Shown here one piece after another: positions 10,607-22,610 of a DNA stretch of 64,000 bases. The notes under the pieces are model-generated. The model was not told where the DNA came from and did no database searches. It saw only the letters and a program-made list of their open reading frames with translations. Both the position numbers and the translations under genes were made by a program. Every line of letters starts with the position of its first letter. Within the stretch, counting starts at the first letter, position 1. The DNA is from Eledone cirrhosa (taxonomy: Eukaryota), in assembly GCA_964016885.1 (NCBI GenBank), contig OZ024744.1:114204001-114268000 (forward strand), given 5' to 3'.

Positions 10607-10607
<1 letters not shown>
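10143..10607. mobile_element. Inverted-repeat element whose arms each carry a mutated hammerhead (Penelope-like remnant)
   Basis: About 110-bp arms 10143-10252 and about 10455-10562 are reverse complements. Arms read CTGATGA...TAAAC (minus strand) and CTAATGA...GAAAC (plus strand). TATAAATA lies upstream of the motif in both. (TA)n flanks. Confidence 0.65.
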
Positions 10608-10645
<38 letters not shown>

Positions 10646-11282
10646 CTCTCTATATGCATACTGGAATAGTGTTGCTAAACTTTTATTTTGGTTGTGTGGT
10701 GAATGTGACATCCAGAAATATGTTAGAGTAAATCAATGGATTAACTAACTATACCAGTGTTGTTTTAGATAATGTAGTGTAAATGTGAACAAAAAGAGAC
10801 ACCAATAAGGTCACAAACAGTGATGAAAGGACTTTGACAATTAATTAATTAATTAGTTTATTAACCAGTTGACTGATAGATTAATTACCTGATTAATAAT
10901 AAAATTAAAGTGAAAACCAACCAGTGCATGCATTTTAATTAGCTGCATCACCCCTCCAAAATACAGTAATAACTATTTCAACACTAAACTTTACACCAAG
11001 AATCTCATTTTTGTATTAGTTTTGTGAGATGCTTAAAATTAAACCAGAAAGAATTTTTCTAGAACTACCCTGAATTAACTTGTAACACCCTGTACCATGT
11101 GAAACCAGATTATTAAATGTTCACAACAGTCCACCAGTAAAGATACTATAAACATTGGAATTAACAAACCACATTAGCAAGATATTCTTGTAAAATACAA
11201 AACAACACTATGACTACATCATATTAGATATTAAAGTCTTTACTGTAATACTACAAATTTTCTTAACAATATGTCTAATAGT

Positions 11283-11632
11283 TGTTTCTACTTTAGGCAC
11301 AAGGCCAGAAATTACCCAGTGCATTACTGGTACTTTATTTTATCGACCCCGTAAGAATGAAAGGCAAAGTTAACCTCGGCAGGATTTGAACTCAGAATGG
11401 CAAGGGCCGTAACTCTATGCATCAAAGCATGGCGTCCGACCCTCTACCAATACTTGTTTCTACTTTAGGCACAAGGCCAGCAATTACCCAGTGCATTACT
11501 GGTACTTTATTTTATCGACCCCGTAAGGATGAAAGGCAAAGTGAACCTCGGCGGGATTTGAACTCAGATCGTAAAGGGACGTAACTATGCTTGAAAGCAT
11601 GGCGTCCGACCCTCTACCAATACTGCCAATCC
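11283..11632 (-). mobile_element. Head-to-tail dimer of a tRNA-derived SINE with 14-bp target-site duplication
   Basis: Two monomers of about 172 bp (starting 11283 and 11455). Minus strand has B-box gagttcaaatcc followed by gcctttcatccttacggggtcgataaaataaagtaccag (recalled as Deu/Nin-type central domain). Flanking direct repeat atatgtctaatagt at 11269-11282 and 11633-11646. Confidence 0.85.
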
Positions 11633-11716
11633 ATATGTCTAATAGTAAAGATAGTATAGACATCGGAATGAACAAAGCAGGAGAGGATGTTGAGAGTTGT
11701 ATAAAGTTTCTCTTAC

Positions 11717-11906
11717 ACTTCTTTGTTGTGACTCTTCAGGTAAGATTTAATGGTGACAAAGTCAGGTCTTTGGTTCGGATCTTCAGCCCAGCATATTTCC
11801 ATCAAATTCTTCAAAACATGATCAGGATCATTAATTAAACCAATTTCTGCATTAAGAGTGGGACGGAAAGGTATTGATTCCCCATTTCTCACACGACCAA
11901 TTATAT
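11717..11906 (-). CDS. Receptor guanylyl cyclase, internal exon: kinase-homology domain subdomains X-XI
   Basis: (D)IIGRVRNGESIPFRPTLNAEIGLINDPDHVLKNLMEICWAEDPNQRPDFVTIKSYLKSHNKE(V), with PFRP and CWAEDP..RPDF motifs. Acceptor ttttctatAG at 11908-11907, donor GTAAGA at 11716. 190 bp, phase 1 to phase 2. Confidence 0.93.
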
Positions 11907-11942
11907 CTATAGAAAACAGATGACAGAGGGTACAGTATTTTA

Positions 11943-13285
11943 TAGTAGTAGTAGTAGTGGTGGTGGTGGTGGTGGTAGTGGTGGTGGTGGTGGTGGTGGT
12001 GGGGGTGGGGGGGTGCTGGTGGTGGTGGTGGTGGTAGTGGTGGTGGTGGTGGTGGTGGTAGTGGTGGTGGGGGGGGGGGGTGCTGGTGGTGGTGGTGCTA
12101 ATAGTATTAGTGGTGGTGGTGGTGGTGGTGGTGGTGGTGGTGGTGGTGGTGGTGGTGGTGGTGGTAGTGGTGGTGGTGGTGGTGGTGGTAGTGGTGGTGG
12201 GGGTGGTGGTGGTGGTGCTAATAGTATTAGTGGTGGTGGTGGTGGTGGTGGTAGTGGTGGTGGTGGTGGTGGTGGTGGTGGTGGTGGTGGTGGTGGTGGT
12301 GGTGGTGGTGGTGGTGGTAGTGGTGGTGGTGGTGGTGGTGGTGGTGGTAGTGGTGGTGGGGGTGGTGGTGGTGCTGGTGGTGGTGGTGCTAATAGTATTA
12401 GTGGTGGTGGTGGTGGTGGTGGTGGTGGTGGTGGTGGTGGTGGTGGTGGTGGTAGTGGTGGTGGTGGTGGTGGTGGTAGTGGTGGTGGGGGTGGTGGTGG
12501 TGCTGGTGGTGGTGGTGCTAATAGTATTAGTGGTGGTGGTGGTGGTGGTGGTAGTGGTGGTGGTGGTGGTGGTGGTGGTGGTGGTGGTGGTGGTGGTGGT
12601 GGTGGTGGTGGTAGTGGTGGTGGTGGTGGTGGTAGTGGTGGTGGTAGTAGTGGTGGTGGTGGTGGTGGTGGTAGTGGTGGTGGTGGTGGTGGTGGTAGTG
12701 GTGCTAATAGTATTAGTGGTGGTGGTGGTGGTGGTAGTAGTGGTGGTGGTGGTGGTGGTGGTAGTGGTGCTAATAGTATTAGTGGTGGTGGTGGTGGTGG
12801 TGGTGGTGGTGGTGGTGGTGGTGGTGGTGGTGGTGGTGGTGGTGGTAGTGGTGGTGGTAGTAGTGGTGGTGGTGGTGGTAGTGGTGGTGGTAGTGGTGGT
12901 GGTAGTGGTGCTAATAGTATTAGTGGTGGTGGTGGTGGTGGTGGTGGTAGTGGTGGTGGTGGTGGTAGTGGTGCTAATAGTATTAGTGGTGGTGGTGGTG
13001 GTGGTGGTGGTAGTGGTGCTAATAGTATTAGTGGTGGTGGTGGTGGTGGTGGTAGTGGTGGTGGTGGTGGTGGTGGTAGTGGTGCTAATAGTATTAGTGG
13101 TGGTGGTGGTGGTGGTGGTGGTAGTGGTGGTGGTGGTGGTGGTGATGCTGGTTGTGGTAGTAGTACTAGTGGTGTTGGTGGTAATAGTAGTAGTCGTGGT
13201 GGTAATAGTAATCGTGGTGGTGGTGGTGATGGTGGTGGTAGTAGTAGTAGTAGTGGTGGTCGTGGTGCTAATAGTATTAGTGGTG

Positions 13286-13337
<52 letters not shown>

Positions 13338-13355
13338 CGGCGGCGGCGGTGGTGT

Positions 13356-13445
<90 letters not shown>

Positions 13446-13475
13446 TAGTAGTAGCAGCAGCAGCAGCAGCAGTGG
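11943..13475. repeat. Complex (GGT)n/(AGT)n trinucleotide tract punctuated by a 15-bp motif
   Basis: About 1.5 kb of GGT with AGT interruptions and recurring gctaatagtattagt, grading into (AGT)n and (AGC)n at the right end. Confidence 0.97.
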
Positions 13476-13744
13476 CAGTGATTCTGATAATGGCGCTGGG
13501 AGTAGACAATGATGTTGATAATGAAAGGAGGAGGGTAAAGAAGAGAAGAAGGTAGAAGCACACAACATGTCAATGTCTTACATCAACAATGTCAATGTAA
13601 GACATTGACATTGTGTTTCATTAGAAATATGGTTAGAAAAAAAACGTCAAATGGATTTTTTTAAACACACGTAAATATATATACATACAGAGTACCCGAC
13701 CTCCCACGGGTACAAGCCAAAGCTGAAGCATATAGACACACCCT

Positions 13745-14011
13745 GCCACAGCAAAAAAAGCACCCAGCCCACCCACACTGTAAAGTGGACGTATAGGCGC
13801 CACGGCAAAAAAAGCGCCAGCACTCACTGTAAATGAGGTTGGTGTTAGGAAGGGCATCCAGCTGTAGAAATCAAGCCAGAATCAGTTCCCGTATGAGCAA
13901 GACAAGGTCAGCCGACCAGACACTGCCCACAACAGGACAACCCGTCTAACCCATGCTAGTGTGGAAGAACGGACGTAAAACGGTGATGATGATGATGATG
14001 ATGATGATGAT
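13745..14011 (+). mobile_element. SINE 3' portion with internal tandem duplication and (GAT)n tail
   Basis: Nearly identical to 8877-8966 over gcactcactgtaaatgaggttggtgttaggaagggcatccagctgtagaaatcaagccagaatcagttc. Ends cggacgtaaaacggt(gat)n, followed by (CA)n at 14013-14052. Confidence 0.85.
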
Positions 14012-14054
<43 letters not shown>

Positions 14055-14229
14055 TATACACTTTCTAACCCTAACCCTAATTTTAATTGTACATAATTTT
14101 AACTCTCATGCACTTTCCTTTGTACACCTTCATATAAATGAACAATAAAACACAAAACCTACACCATTTTAAACAAGCTTTATCTACCTTCTCCCTTTAT
14201 ATTCTAGCTTCTCCCTCACAGCTCCCTAT

Positions 14230-17200
14230 AGCTTACTCTTCTTACCACACACTCTACAGAAATCTACACAACCCACCCTTACCCTTCTTACCACACACTC
14301 TACAGAAATCTACACAACCCACCCTTACTCTTCTTACCACACACTCTACAGAAATCTACACAACCCACCCTTGCTTTCTCAACCTACAGAAATCTACACA
14401 AGCCACCCTTGCTCTCTCAACCACACACTCTACAGAAATTCTACACAACCCACCCTTGCTCTCTCAAACACACACTCTAGAGAAATCTACACAACCCACC
14501 CTTGCTCTCTTAACCACATACTCTAGAGAAATCTACACAACCCACCCTTATTCACTCAAACACATACTCTAGAGAAATCTACACAACCCACCCTTGCTCT
14601 CTCAACCACACACTCTACAGAAATCTACACAACCCACCCTTGCTCTCTCAACCACATACTCTACAGAAATCTACACAACCCACCCTTGCCCTCTCAACCA
14701 CATACTCTAGAGAAATCTACACAACCCACCCTTGCTCGCTTAACCACACACTCTACAGAAATCTACACAACCCACCATTGCTTTCTCAACCACAGACTCT
14801 ACAGAAATCTACACAAACCACCCTTGCTCTCTCAACCACATACTCTACAGAAATCTACACAACCCACCCTTGCTCTCTCAACCACATACACTACAGAAAT
14901 CTACACAACCCACCCTTGCTCTCTCAACGACATACTCTACAGAAATCTACACAACCCACCCTTGCTCTCTCAAACACATACTCTAGAGAAATCTACACAA
15001 CCCACCCTTATTCACTCAAACACATACTCTACAGAAATCTACACAACCCACCCTTGCTCTCTTAACCACATACTCTACAGAAATCTACACAACCCACCAT
15101 TGCTCTCTCAACCACACACTCTACAGAAATCTACACAACCCACCCTTGCTCTCTCAACTACATACTCTACAGAAATCTACACAACCCACCCGTGCTCTCT
15201 AAACCACATACACTACTGAAATCTACACAACCCACCCTTGCTCTCTCAACCACATACTGTACAGAAATCTTCACAACCCACCCTTGCTCTCTCAACCACA
15301 TACTCTACAGAAATCTACACAACCCACCCTTATTCACTCAAACACATACTCTATAGAAATCTACACAACCAACCCTTGCTCTCTCAACCACACAGTCTAC
15401 AGAAATCTACACAACCCACCCTTGCTCTCTCAACCACATACTCTACAGAAATCTACACAACCCACCCTTGCTCTCTCAACCACATACTCTAGAGAAATCT
15501 ACACAACCCACCCTTGCTCTCTCAACTACATACTCTACAGAAATCTACACAACCCACCCTTGCTCTCTCAACCACATACTCTAGAGAAATCTACACAACC
15601 CACCCTTGCTCTCTCAAACCACATACTCTACAGAAATCTACACAACCCACCCTTTCTCTCTCAAACACATACTCTACAGAAATCTACACAACCCACCCTT
15701 GCTCTCTTAACCACACACTCTACAGAAATCTACACAACCCACCCTTGCTCTCTCAACCACATACTCTACAGAAATCTACACAACCCACCTTTGCTCTCTC
15801 AACCACATACTCTACAGAAATCTACACAACCCACCCTTATTCACTCAAACACATACTCTATAGAAATCTACACAACCCACCCTTGCTCTCTCAACCACAC
15901 AGTCTACAGAAATCTACACAACCCACCCTTGCTCTCTTAACCACATACTCTACAGAAATCTACACAACCCACCCTTGCTCTCTCAACCACATACTCTAGA
16001 GAAATCTACACAACCCACCCTTGCTCTCTCAAACCACATACTCTACAGAAATCTACACAACCCACCCTTTCTCTCTCAAACACATACTCTACAGAAATCT
16101 ACACAACCCACCCTTGCTCTCTTAACCACACACTCTACAGAAATCTACACAACCCACCCTTGCTCTCTCAACCACATACTCTACAGAAATCTACACAACC
16201 CACCCTTGCTCTCTCAAACACATATTCTACAGAAATCTACACAACCCACCCTTGGTCTCTCAACCACATACTCTAGAGAAATCTACACAACCTACCCTTG
16301 CTCTCTAAACCACACACTCTACAAAAATCTACACAACCCACCCTTGCTCTCTCAACCACATATACTATAGAAATCTACACAACACACCCTTGCTTTCTCA
16401 ACCACATACTCTACAGAAATCTACACAACCCACCCTTGCTCTCTCAACCACATACTCTACAGAAATCTACACAAGCCACCCTTGCTCTCTCAACCACACA
16501 CTCTACAGAAATTCTACACAACCCACCCTTGCTCTCTCAAACACATACTCTAGAGAAATCTACACAACCCACCCTTGCTCTCTCAACCACACACTCTACA
16601 GAAATCTACACAACCCACCCTTGCTCTCTCAACCACATACTCTACAGAAATCTACACAACCCACCCTTGCCCTCTCAACCACATACTCTAGAGAAATCTA
16701 CACAACCCACCCTTGCTCGCTTAACCACACACTCTACAGAAATCTACACAACCCACCATTGCTTTCTCAACCACAGACTCTACAGAAATCTACACAAACC
16801 ACCCTTGCTCTCTCAACCACATACTCTACAGAAATCTACACAACCCACCCTTGCTCTCTCAACCACATACACTACAGAAATCTACACAACCCACCCTTGC
16901 TCTCTCAACCACATACTCTACAGAAATCTACACAACCCACCCTTGCTCTCTCAAACACATACTCTAGAGAAATCTACACAACCCACCATTGCTCTCTCAA
17001 CCACACACTCTACAGAAATCTACACAACCCACCCTTGCTCTCTCAACTACATACTCTACAGAAATCTACACAACCCACCCTTGCTCTCTCAACCACATAC
17101 ACTACTGAAATCTACACAACCCACCCTTGCTCTCTCAACCACATACTGTACAGAAATCTTCACAACCCACCCTTGCTCTCTCAACCACATACTCTACAGA

Positions 17201-20200
17201 AATCTACACAACCCACCCTTGCTCTCTCAACCACATACTCTACAGAAATCTACACAACCCACCCTTATTCACTCAAACACATACTCTATAGAAATCTACA
17301 CAACCCACCCTTGCTCTCTCAACCACACAGTCTACAGAAATCTACACAACCCACCCTTGCTCTCTCAACCACATACTCTACAGAAATCTACACAACCCAC
17401 CCTTGCTCTCTCAACCACATACTCTAGAGAAATCTACACAACCCACCCTTGCTCTCTCAACCACATACTCTAGAGAAATCTACACAACCTACCCTTGCTC
17501 TCTCAAACCATATACTCTACAGAAATCTACACAACCCACCCTTTCTCTCTCAAACACATACTCTACAGAAATCTACACAACCCACCCTTGCTCTCTTAAC
17601 CACACACTCTACAGAAATCTACACAACCCACCCTTGCTCTCTCAACCACATACTCTACAGAAATCTACACAACCCACCCTTGCTCTCTCAAACACATATT
17701 CTACAGAAATCTACACAACCCACCCTTGGTCTCTCAACCACATACTCTAGAGAAATCTACACAACCTACCCTTGCTCTCTAAACCACACACTCTACAAAA
17801 ATCTACACAACCCACCCTTGCTCTCTCAACCACATATACTATAGAAATCTACACAACCCACCCTTGCTTTCTCAACCACATACTCTACAGAAATCTACAC
17901 AACCCACCCTTGCTCTCTCAACCACATACTCTACAGAAATCTACACAAGCCACCCTTGCTCTCTCAACCACACACTCTACAGAAATTCTACACAACCCAC
18001 CCTTGCTCTCTCAAACACACACTCTAGAGAAATCTACACAACCCACCCTTATTCACTCAAACACATACTCTAGAGAAATCTACACAACCCACCCTTGCTC
18101 TCTCAACCACACACTCTACAGAAATCTACACAACCCACCCTTGCTCTCTCAACCACAGACTCTACAGAAATCTACACAAGCCACCCTTGCTCTCTCAACC
18201 ACATACTCTACAGAAATCTACACAACCCACCCTTGCTCTCTCAACCACATACACTACAGAAATCTACACAACCCACCCTTGCTCTCTCAACCACATACTC
18301 TACAGAAATCTACACAACCCACCCTTGCTCTCTCAAACACATACTCTACAGAAATCTACACAACCCACCCTTGCTCTCAAACACATACTCTACAGAAATC
18401 TACACAACCCACCCTTGCTCTCTTAACCACATACTCTACAGAAATCTACACAACCCACCATTGCTCTCTCAACCACACACTCTACAGAAATCTACACAAC
18501 CCACCCTTGCTCTCTCAACTACATACTCTACAGAAATCTACACAACCCACCCTTGCTCTCTCAACCACATACACTACTGAAATCTACACAACCCACCCTT
18601 GCTCTCTCAACCACATACTGTACAGAAATCTTCACAACCCACCCTTGCTCTCTCAACCACATACTCTACAGAAATCTACACAACCCACCCTTATTCACTC
18701 AAACACATACTCTATAGAAATCTACACAACCCACCCTTGCTCTCTCAACCACACAGTCTACAGAAATCTACACAACCCACCCTTGCTCTCTCAACCACAT
18801 ACTCTACAGAAATCTACACAACCCACCCTTGCTCTCTCAACCACATACTCTACAAAATCCACACAACCCACCCTTGCTCTCTAAACCACATACTCTACAG
18901 AAATCTACACAACCTACCCTTGCTCTCTCAACCACATACTGTACAGAAATCTACACAACCCACCCTTGCTCTCTCAACTACATACTCTACAGAAATCTAC
19001 ACAACCCACCCTTGCTCTCTCAACCACATACACTACTGAAATCTACACAACCCACCCTTGCTCTCTCAACCACATACTGTACAGAAATCTTCACAACCCA
19101 CCCTTGCTCTCTCAACCACATACTCTACAGAAATCTACACAACCCACCCTTGCTCTCTCAACCACATACTCTACAGAAATCTACACACCCACCCTTGCTC
19201 TCTCAACCACATACTCTACAGAAATCTACACAACCCACCCTTGCTCTCTCAACCACATACTGTACAGAAATCTACACAACCCACCCTTGCTCTCTCAACC
19301 ACATACTCTACAGAAATCTACACAACCTACCCTTGCTCTCTCAAACACATACTCTACAGAAATCTACACAACCCACCCTTGCTCTCTCAACCACATACTC
19401 TACAGTTATCTACACAACCCACCCTTGCTCTCTCAACCACATACTGTACAGAAATCTTCACAACCCACCCTTGCTCTCTCAACCACATACTCTACAGAAA
19501 TCTACACAACCCACCCTTGCTCTCTCAACCACATACTCTACAGAAATCTACACACCCACCCTTGCTCTCTCAACCACATACTCTACAAAATCCACACAAC
19601 CCACCCTTGCTCTCTAAACCACATACTCTACAGAAATCTACACAACCTACCCTTGCTCTCTCAACCACATACTGTACAGAAATCTACACAACCCACCCTT
19701 GCTCTCTCAACTACATACTCTACAGAAATCTACACAACCCACCCTTGCTCTCTCAACCACATACTCTACAGAAATCTACACAACCCACCCTTGCTCTCAA
19801 ACACATACTCTACAGAAATCTACACAACCCACCCTTGCTCTCTTAACCACATACTCTACAGAAATCTACACAACCCACCATTGCTCTCTCAACCACACAC
19901 TCTACAGAAATCTACACAACCCACCCTTGCTCTCTCAACTACATACTCTACAGAAATCTACACAACCCACCCTTGCTCTCTCAACCACATACACTACTGA
20001 AATCTACACAACCCACCCTTGCTCTCTCAACCACATACTGTACAGAAATCTTCACAACCCACCCTTGCTCTCTCAACCACATACTCTACAGAAATCTACA
20101 CAACCCACCCTTATTCACTCAAACACATACTCTATAGAAATCTACACAACCCACCCTTGCTCTCTCAACCACACAGTCTACAGAAATCTACACAACCCAC

Positions 20201-20975
20201 CCTTGCTCTCTCAACCACATACTCTACAGAAATCTACACAACCCACCCTTGCTCTCTCAACCACATACTCTACAAAATCCACACAACCCACCCTTGCTCT
20301 CTAAACCACATACTCTACAGAAATCTACACAACCTACCCTTGCTCTCTCAACCACATACTGTACAGAAATCTACACAACCCACCCTTGCTCTCTCAACTA
20401 CATACTCTACAGAAATCTACACAACCCACCCTTGCTCTCTCAACCACATACACTACTGAAATCTACACAACCCACCCTTGCTCTCTCAACCACATACTGT
20501 ACAGAAATCTTCACAACCCACCCTTGCTCTCTCAACCACATACTCTACAGAAATCTACACAACCCACCCTTGCTCTCTCAACCACATACTCTACAGAAAT
20601 CTACACACCCACCCTTGCTCTCTCAACCACATACTCTACAGAAATCTACACAACCCACCCTTGCTCTCTCAACCACATACTGTACAGAAATCTACACAAC
20701 CCACCCTTGCTCTCTCAACCACATACTCTACAGAAATCTACACAACCTACCCTTGCTCTCTCAAACACATACTCTACAGAAATCTACACAACCCACCCTT
20801 GCTCTCTCAACCACATACTCTACAGTTATCTACACAACCCACCCTTGCTCTCTCAACCACATACTGTACAGAAATCTACACAACCCACCCTTGCTCTCTC
20901 AACCACATACTGTACAGAAATCTACACAACCCACCCTTGCTCTCTCAACCACATACTCTACAGAAATCTACACAA
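14230..20975. repeat. 46-bp C/A-rich tandem satellite (about 146 copies)
   Basis: Consensus acccacccttgctctctcaaccacatactctacagaaatctacaca (46 nt), very G-poor on the plus strand. Confidence 0.97.
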
Positions 20976-21083
20976 TGCACAATTTATATACACACATACA
21001 AAGATAAAAAGAAAGACAAAAAACATTTGTAATTGAACCCAGGAACCATGGAGTGTTTACTGTGTGTATTTTAGATAGTTTAC

Positions 21084-21233
21084 CTCTGTAATTCATATTG
21101 AAGACACAGAATGTTCCCTGACGATAACATATCTCATGTAAGATTATTGCAAAACTGTAGATATCTGCTTGCTGGGCTACTCTGCTGGGAGGGTTCAGTG
21201 TTCGCAGGATTTCTGGAGCTGTCCACAGTAGTG
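21084..21233 (-). CDS. Receptor guanylyl cyclase, internal exon: kinase-homology domain subdomains VIII-IX
   Basis: (A)LLWTAPEILRTLNPPSRVAQQADIYSFAIILHEICYRQGTFCVFNMNYR, with WTAPE and D.YSFAIIL.EI motifs. Acceptor tttacAG at 21235-21234, donor GTAAAC at 21083. 150 bp, phase 1 to phase 1. Confidence 0.93.
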
Positions 21234-21337
21234 CTGTAAAAATAACATATCACATTATATATATATATATATATTTATATGGGGTTTTGCATCCCTCTTA
21301 CATATGATTTTACGTTCTATCAAATGCATTTTATTAT

Positions 21338-21615
21338 GGCACCAGCACCAGAGAGGTTGCCATGTCTTTGACACAACTGAAGAGTCCTTTCAACCCTTTA
21401 TTTGAGAAGCTTTCTGCAGCTGCCTGTCCTTCCTATCATTAACCACTTTACAGAGTGTACTGGGTGGGTTTATAGTGTAGATCACCAACACTAGAGAGGT
21501 TGTCATGTCCTTGACACAACTAAAGAAGTTGTCCTCCTAATCTTTTTAGGCATGGTTTCTATGGCTGGTTGCCGTTCCTCTCACCAACCACTGTACAGGG
21601 TGTACCAGGTGCATG
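21338..21615 (-). mobile_element. Two degenerate tandem copies of the SINE tail segment, antisense orientation
   Basis: aaccactttacagagtgtactgggtg (about 21441) and aaccactgtacagggtgtaccaggtgc (about 21586) are reverse complements of the cacccagtacactctgtaaagtggtt motif. agagaggttgYcatgtcYttgacacaact repeats at about 21350 and 21493. Confidence 0.65.
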
Positions 21616-21870
21616 TCTTAACTTCAGACACATTCTGAACTTTATTGTGCAAATTATTTCCCTGTTTGTGGAGTCTTAAAAATGTCCCCTTTTGTCATGA
21701 CGGATCATGGGTTTACACCCAGAAAATTTATCTCTATAGACAGTTTTGGTTTGTTGAAGACCAGCAGTCACTCCTCTCTCAGACAGTGATGTTGTCCAAA
21801 GGAAAAGCAACACTGATTGTCACACAACAAAGCCATACCTGGACCTATGCCTGCTCTTATATATACTTAC

Positions 21871-22024
21871 CTTTATGATCTTCTACTTCAATGTCAGACT
21901 TCTGCCGCAATATGCTTGGACCATAGTCTGTTATTTTGACGACCCACCTTCTGTCAATAACACAGTTTGTGCTTTTCAGGCGGCCATGAGACTTCAAAAA
22001 GGATTCATGGATATATAACATGCC
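21871..22024 (-). CDS. Receptor guanylyl cyclase, internal exon: kinase-homology domain subdomains VI-VII
   Basis: [59 protein letters not shown] and KITDYG are the rGC pseudokinase signature. Acceptor ctttctAG at 22026-22025, donor GTAAGT at 21870. 154 bp, phase 0 to phase 1. Confidence 0.93.
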
Positions 22025-22235
22025 CTAGAAAGAAGACATGAAGGTTATTTAACCCTTCCATTACCATATTTTTTATTAAATATACTGGTTATAAATTTGA
22101 AAATAATCAAGAATTTGGAATGATTTAGTAATATAACTAACTTGCTATTTGGAACATAACATAACAAATGTTCCTACATAAGATTATGATGGTAGATTTT
22201 TAGATATGAAAGATTTAACCCTTTCCGTCCCTATT

Positions 22236-22610
22236 TCAAGTATCTTGGTACCATGTTCACAAATGATGGAAGGCTGGAGGCTGAATTAGGTGCAAGAATT
22301 GCAGGAGCTGGTGCAGTAATGTGCCAGCTTCAGTATTCAATAATCAGAAAAAGGGAGGTAGGTATAAAAGCTAAATTCGCTACCTTCAATTCACTATTCA
22401 TGCCAACCCCTACCTATGGTCATGAATCTTGGGAATAGAAGCAGCTGAAATGGGGTTCCCCCAATGGTATTTGGAGGAACATTACTTGATACAATGTGTA
22501 GCTCAGAGATCTGAAAGTCACTCCAGGTAGAGCTGCTACTTCTCTGAATTGAGAGATCACAGCTTTGATACTATCTACATGTGGTTAGAATGTCTCAGGA
22601 AGGAATCTCT
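22236..22610 (+). mobile_element. Degenerate RTE-clade LINE fragment (RT C-terminal region), source of the 65-bp satellite
   Basis: FKYLGTMFTNDGRLEAELGARIAGAGAVM...PTPTYGHESW, then EAAEMGF and, after a frameshift, SSEI*KSLQVELLLL*IERSQL*YYLHVVRMSQE. This follows the RTE/Expander pattern FKYLG...TYG.E.W...AAEM.FLR...IERSQLRW.GH..RM. Confidence 0.88.

Noticed and set aside
10940-11094. Segment ending acaccctgTA, like a Tc1/mariner terminal repeat
   Set aside because: No partner TIR found by eye; cannot be supported without a library search.
11713-13568. Long poly-Thr, poly-Gly, poly-Pro and poly-Val ORFs, including a 616-aa mucin-like ORF with apparent signal peptide fused to kinase-like sequence
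   Set aside because: The trinucleotide tract is open in several frames. Only 11717-11906 is a real exon, with its own acceptor and correct phase.
14065-14080. Telomere-like ctaaccctaaccctaa
   Set aside because: Under three units; too short to call an interstitial telomere.
14138-21036. Overlapping plus-strand ORFs in all three frames (QKSTQPTLALSTT...)
   Set aside because: The G-poor 46-bp repeat rarely produces stop codons; no coding signal.
22049-22225. Two TTAACCCTT motifs suggestive of piggyBac-type termini
   Set aside because: Both are in the same orientation and no matching inverted end was found.
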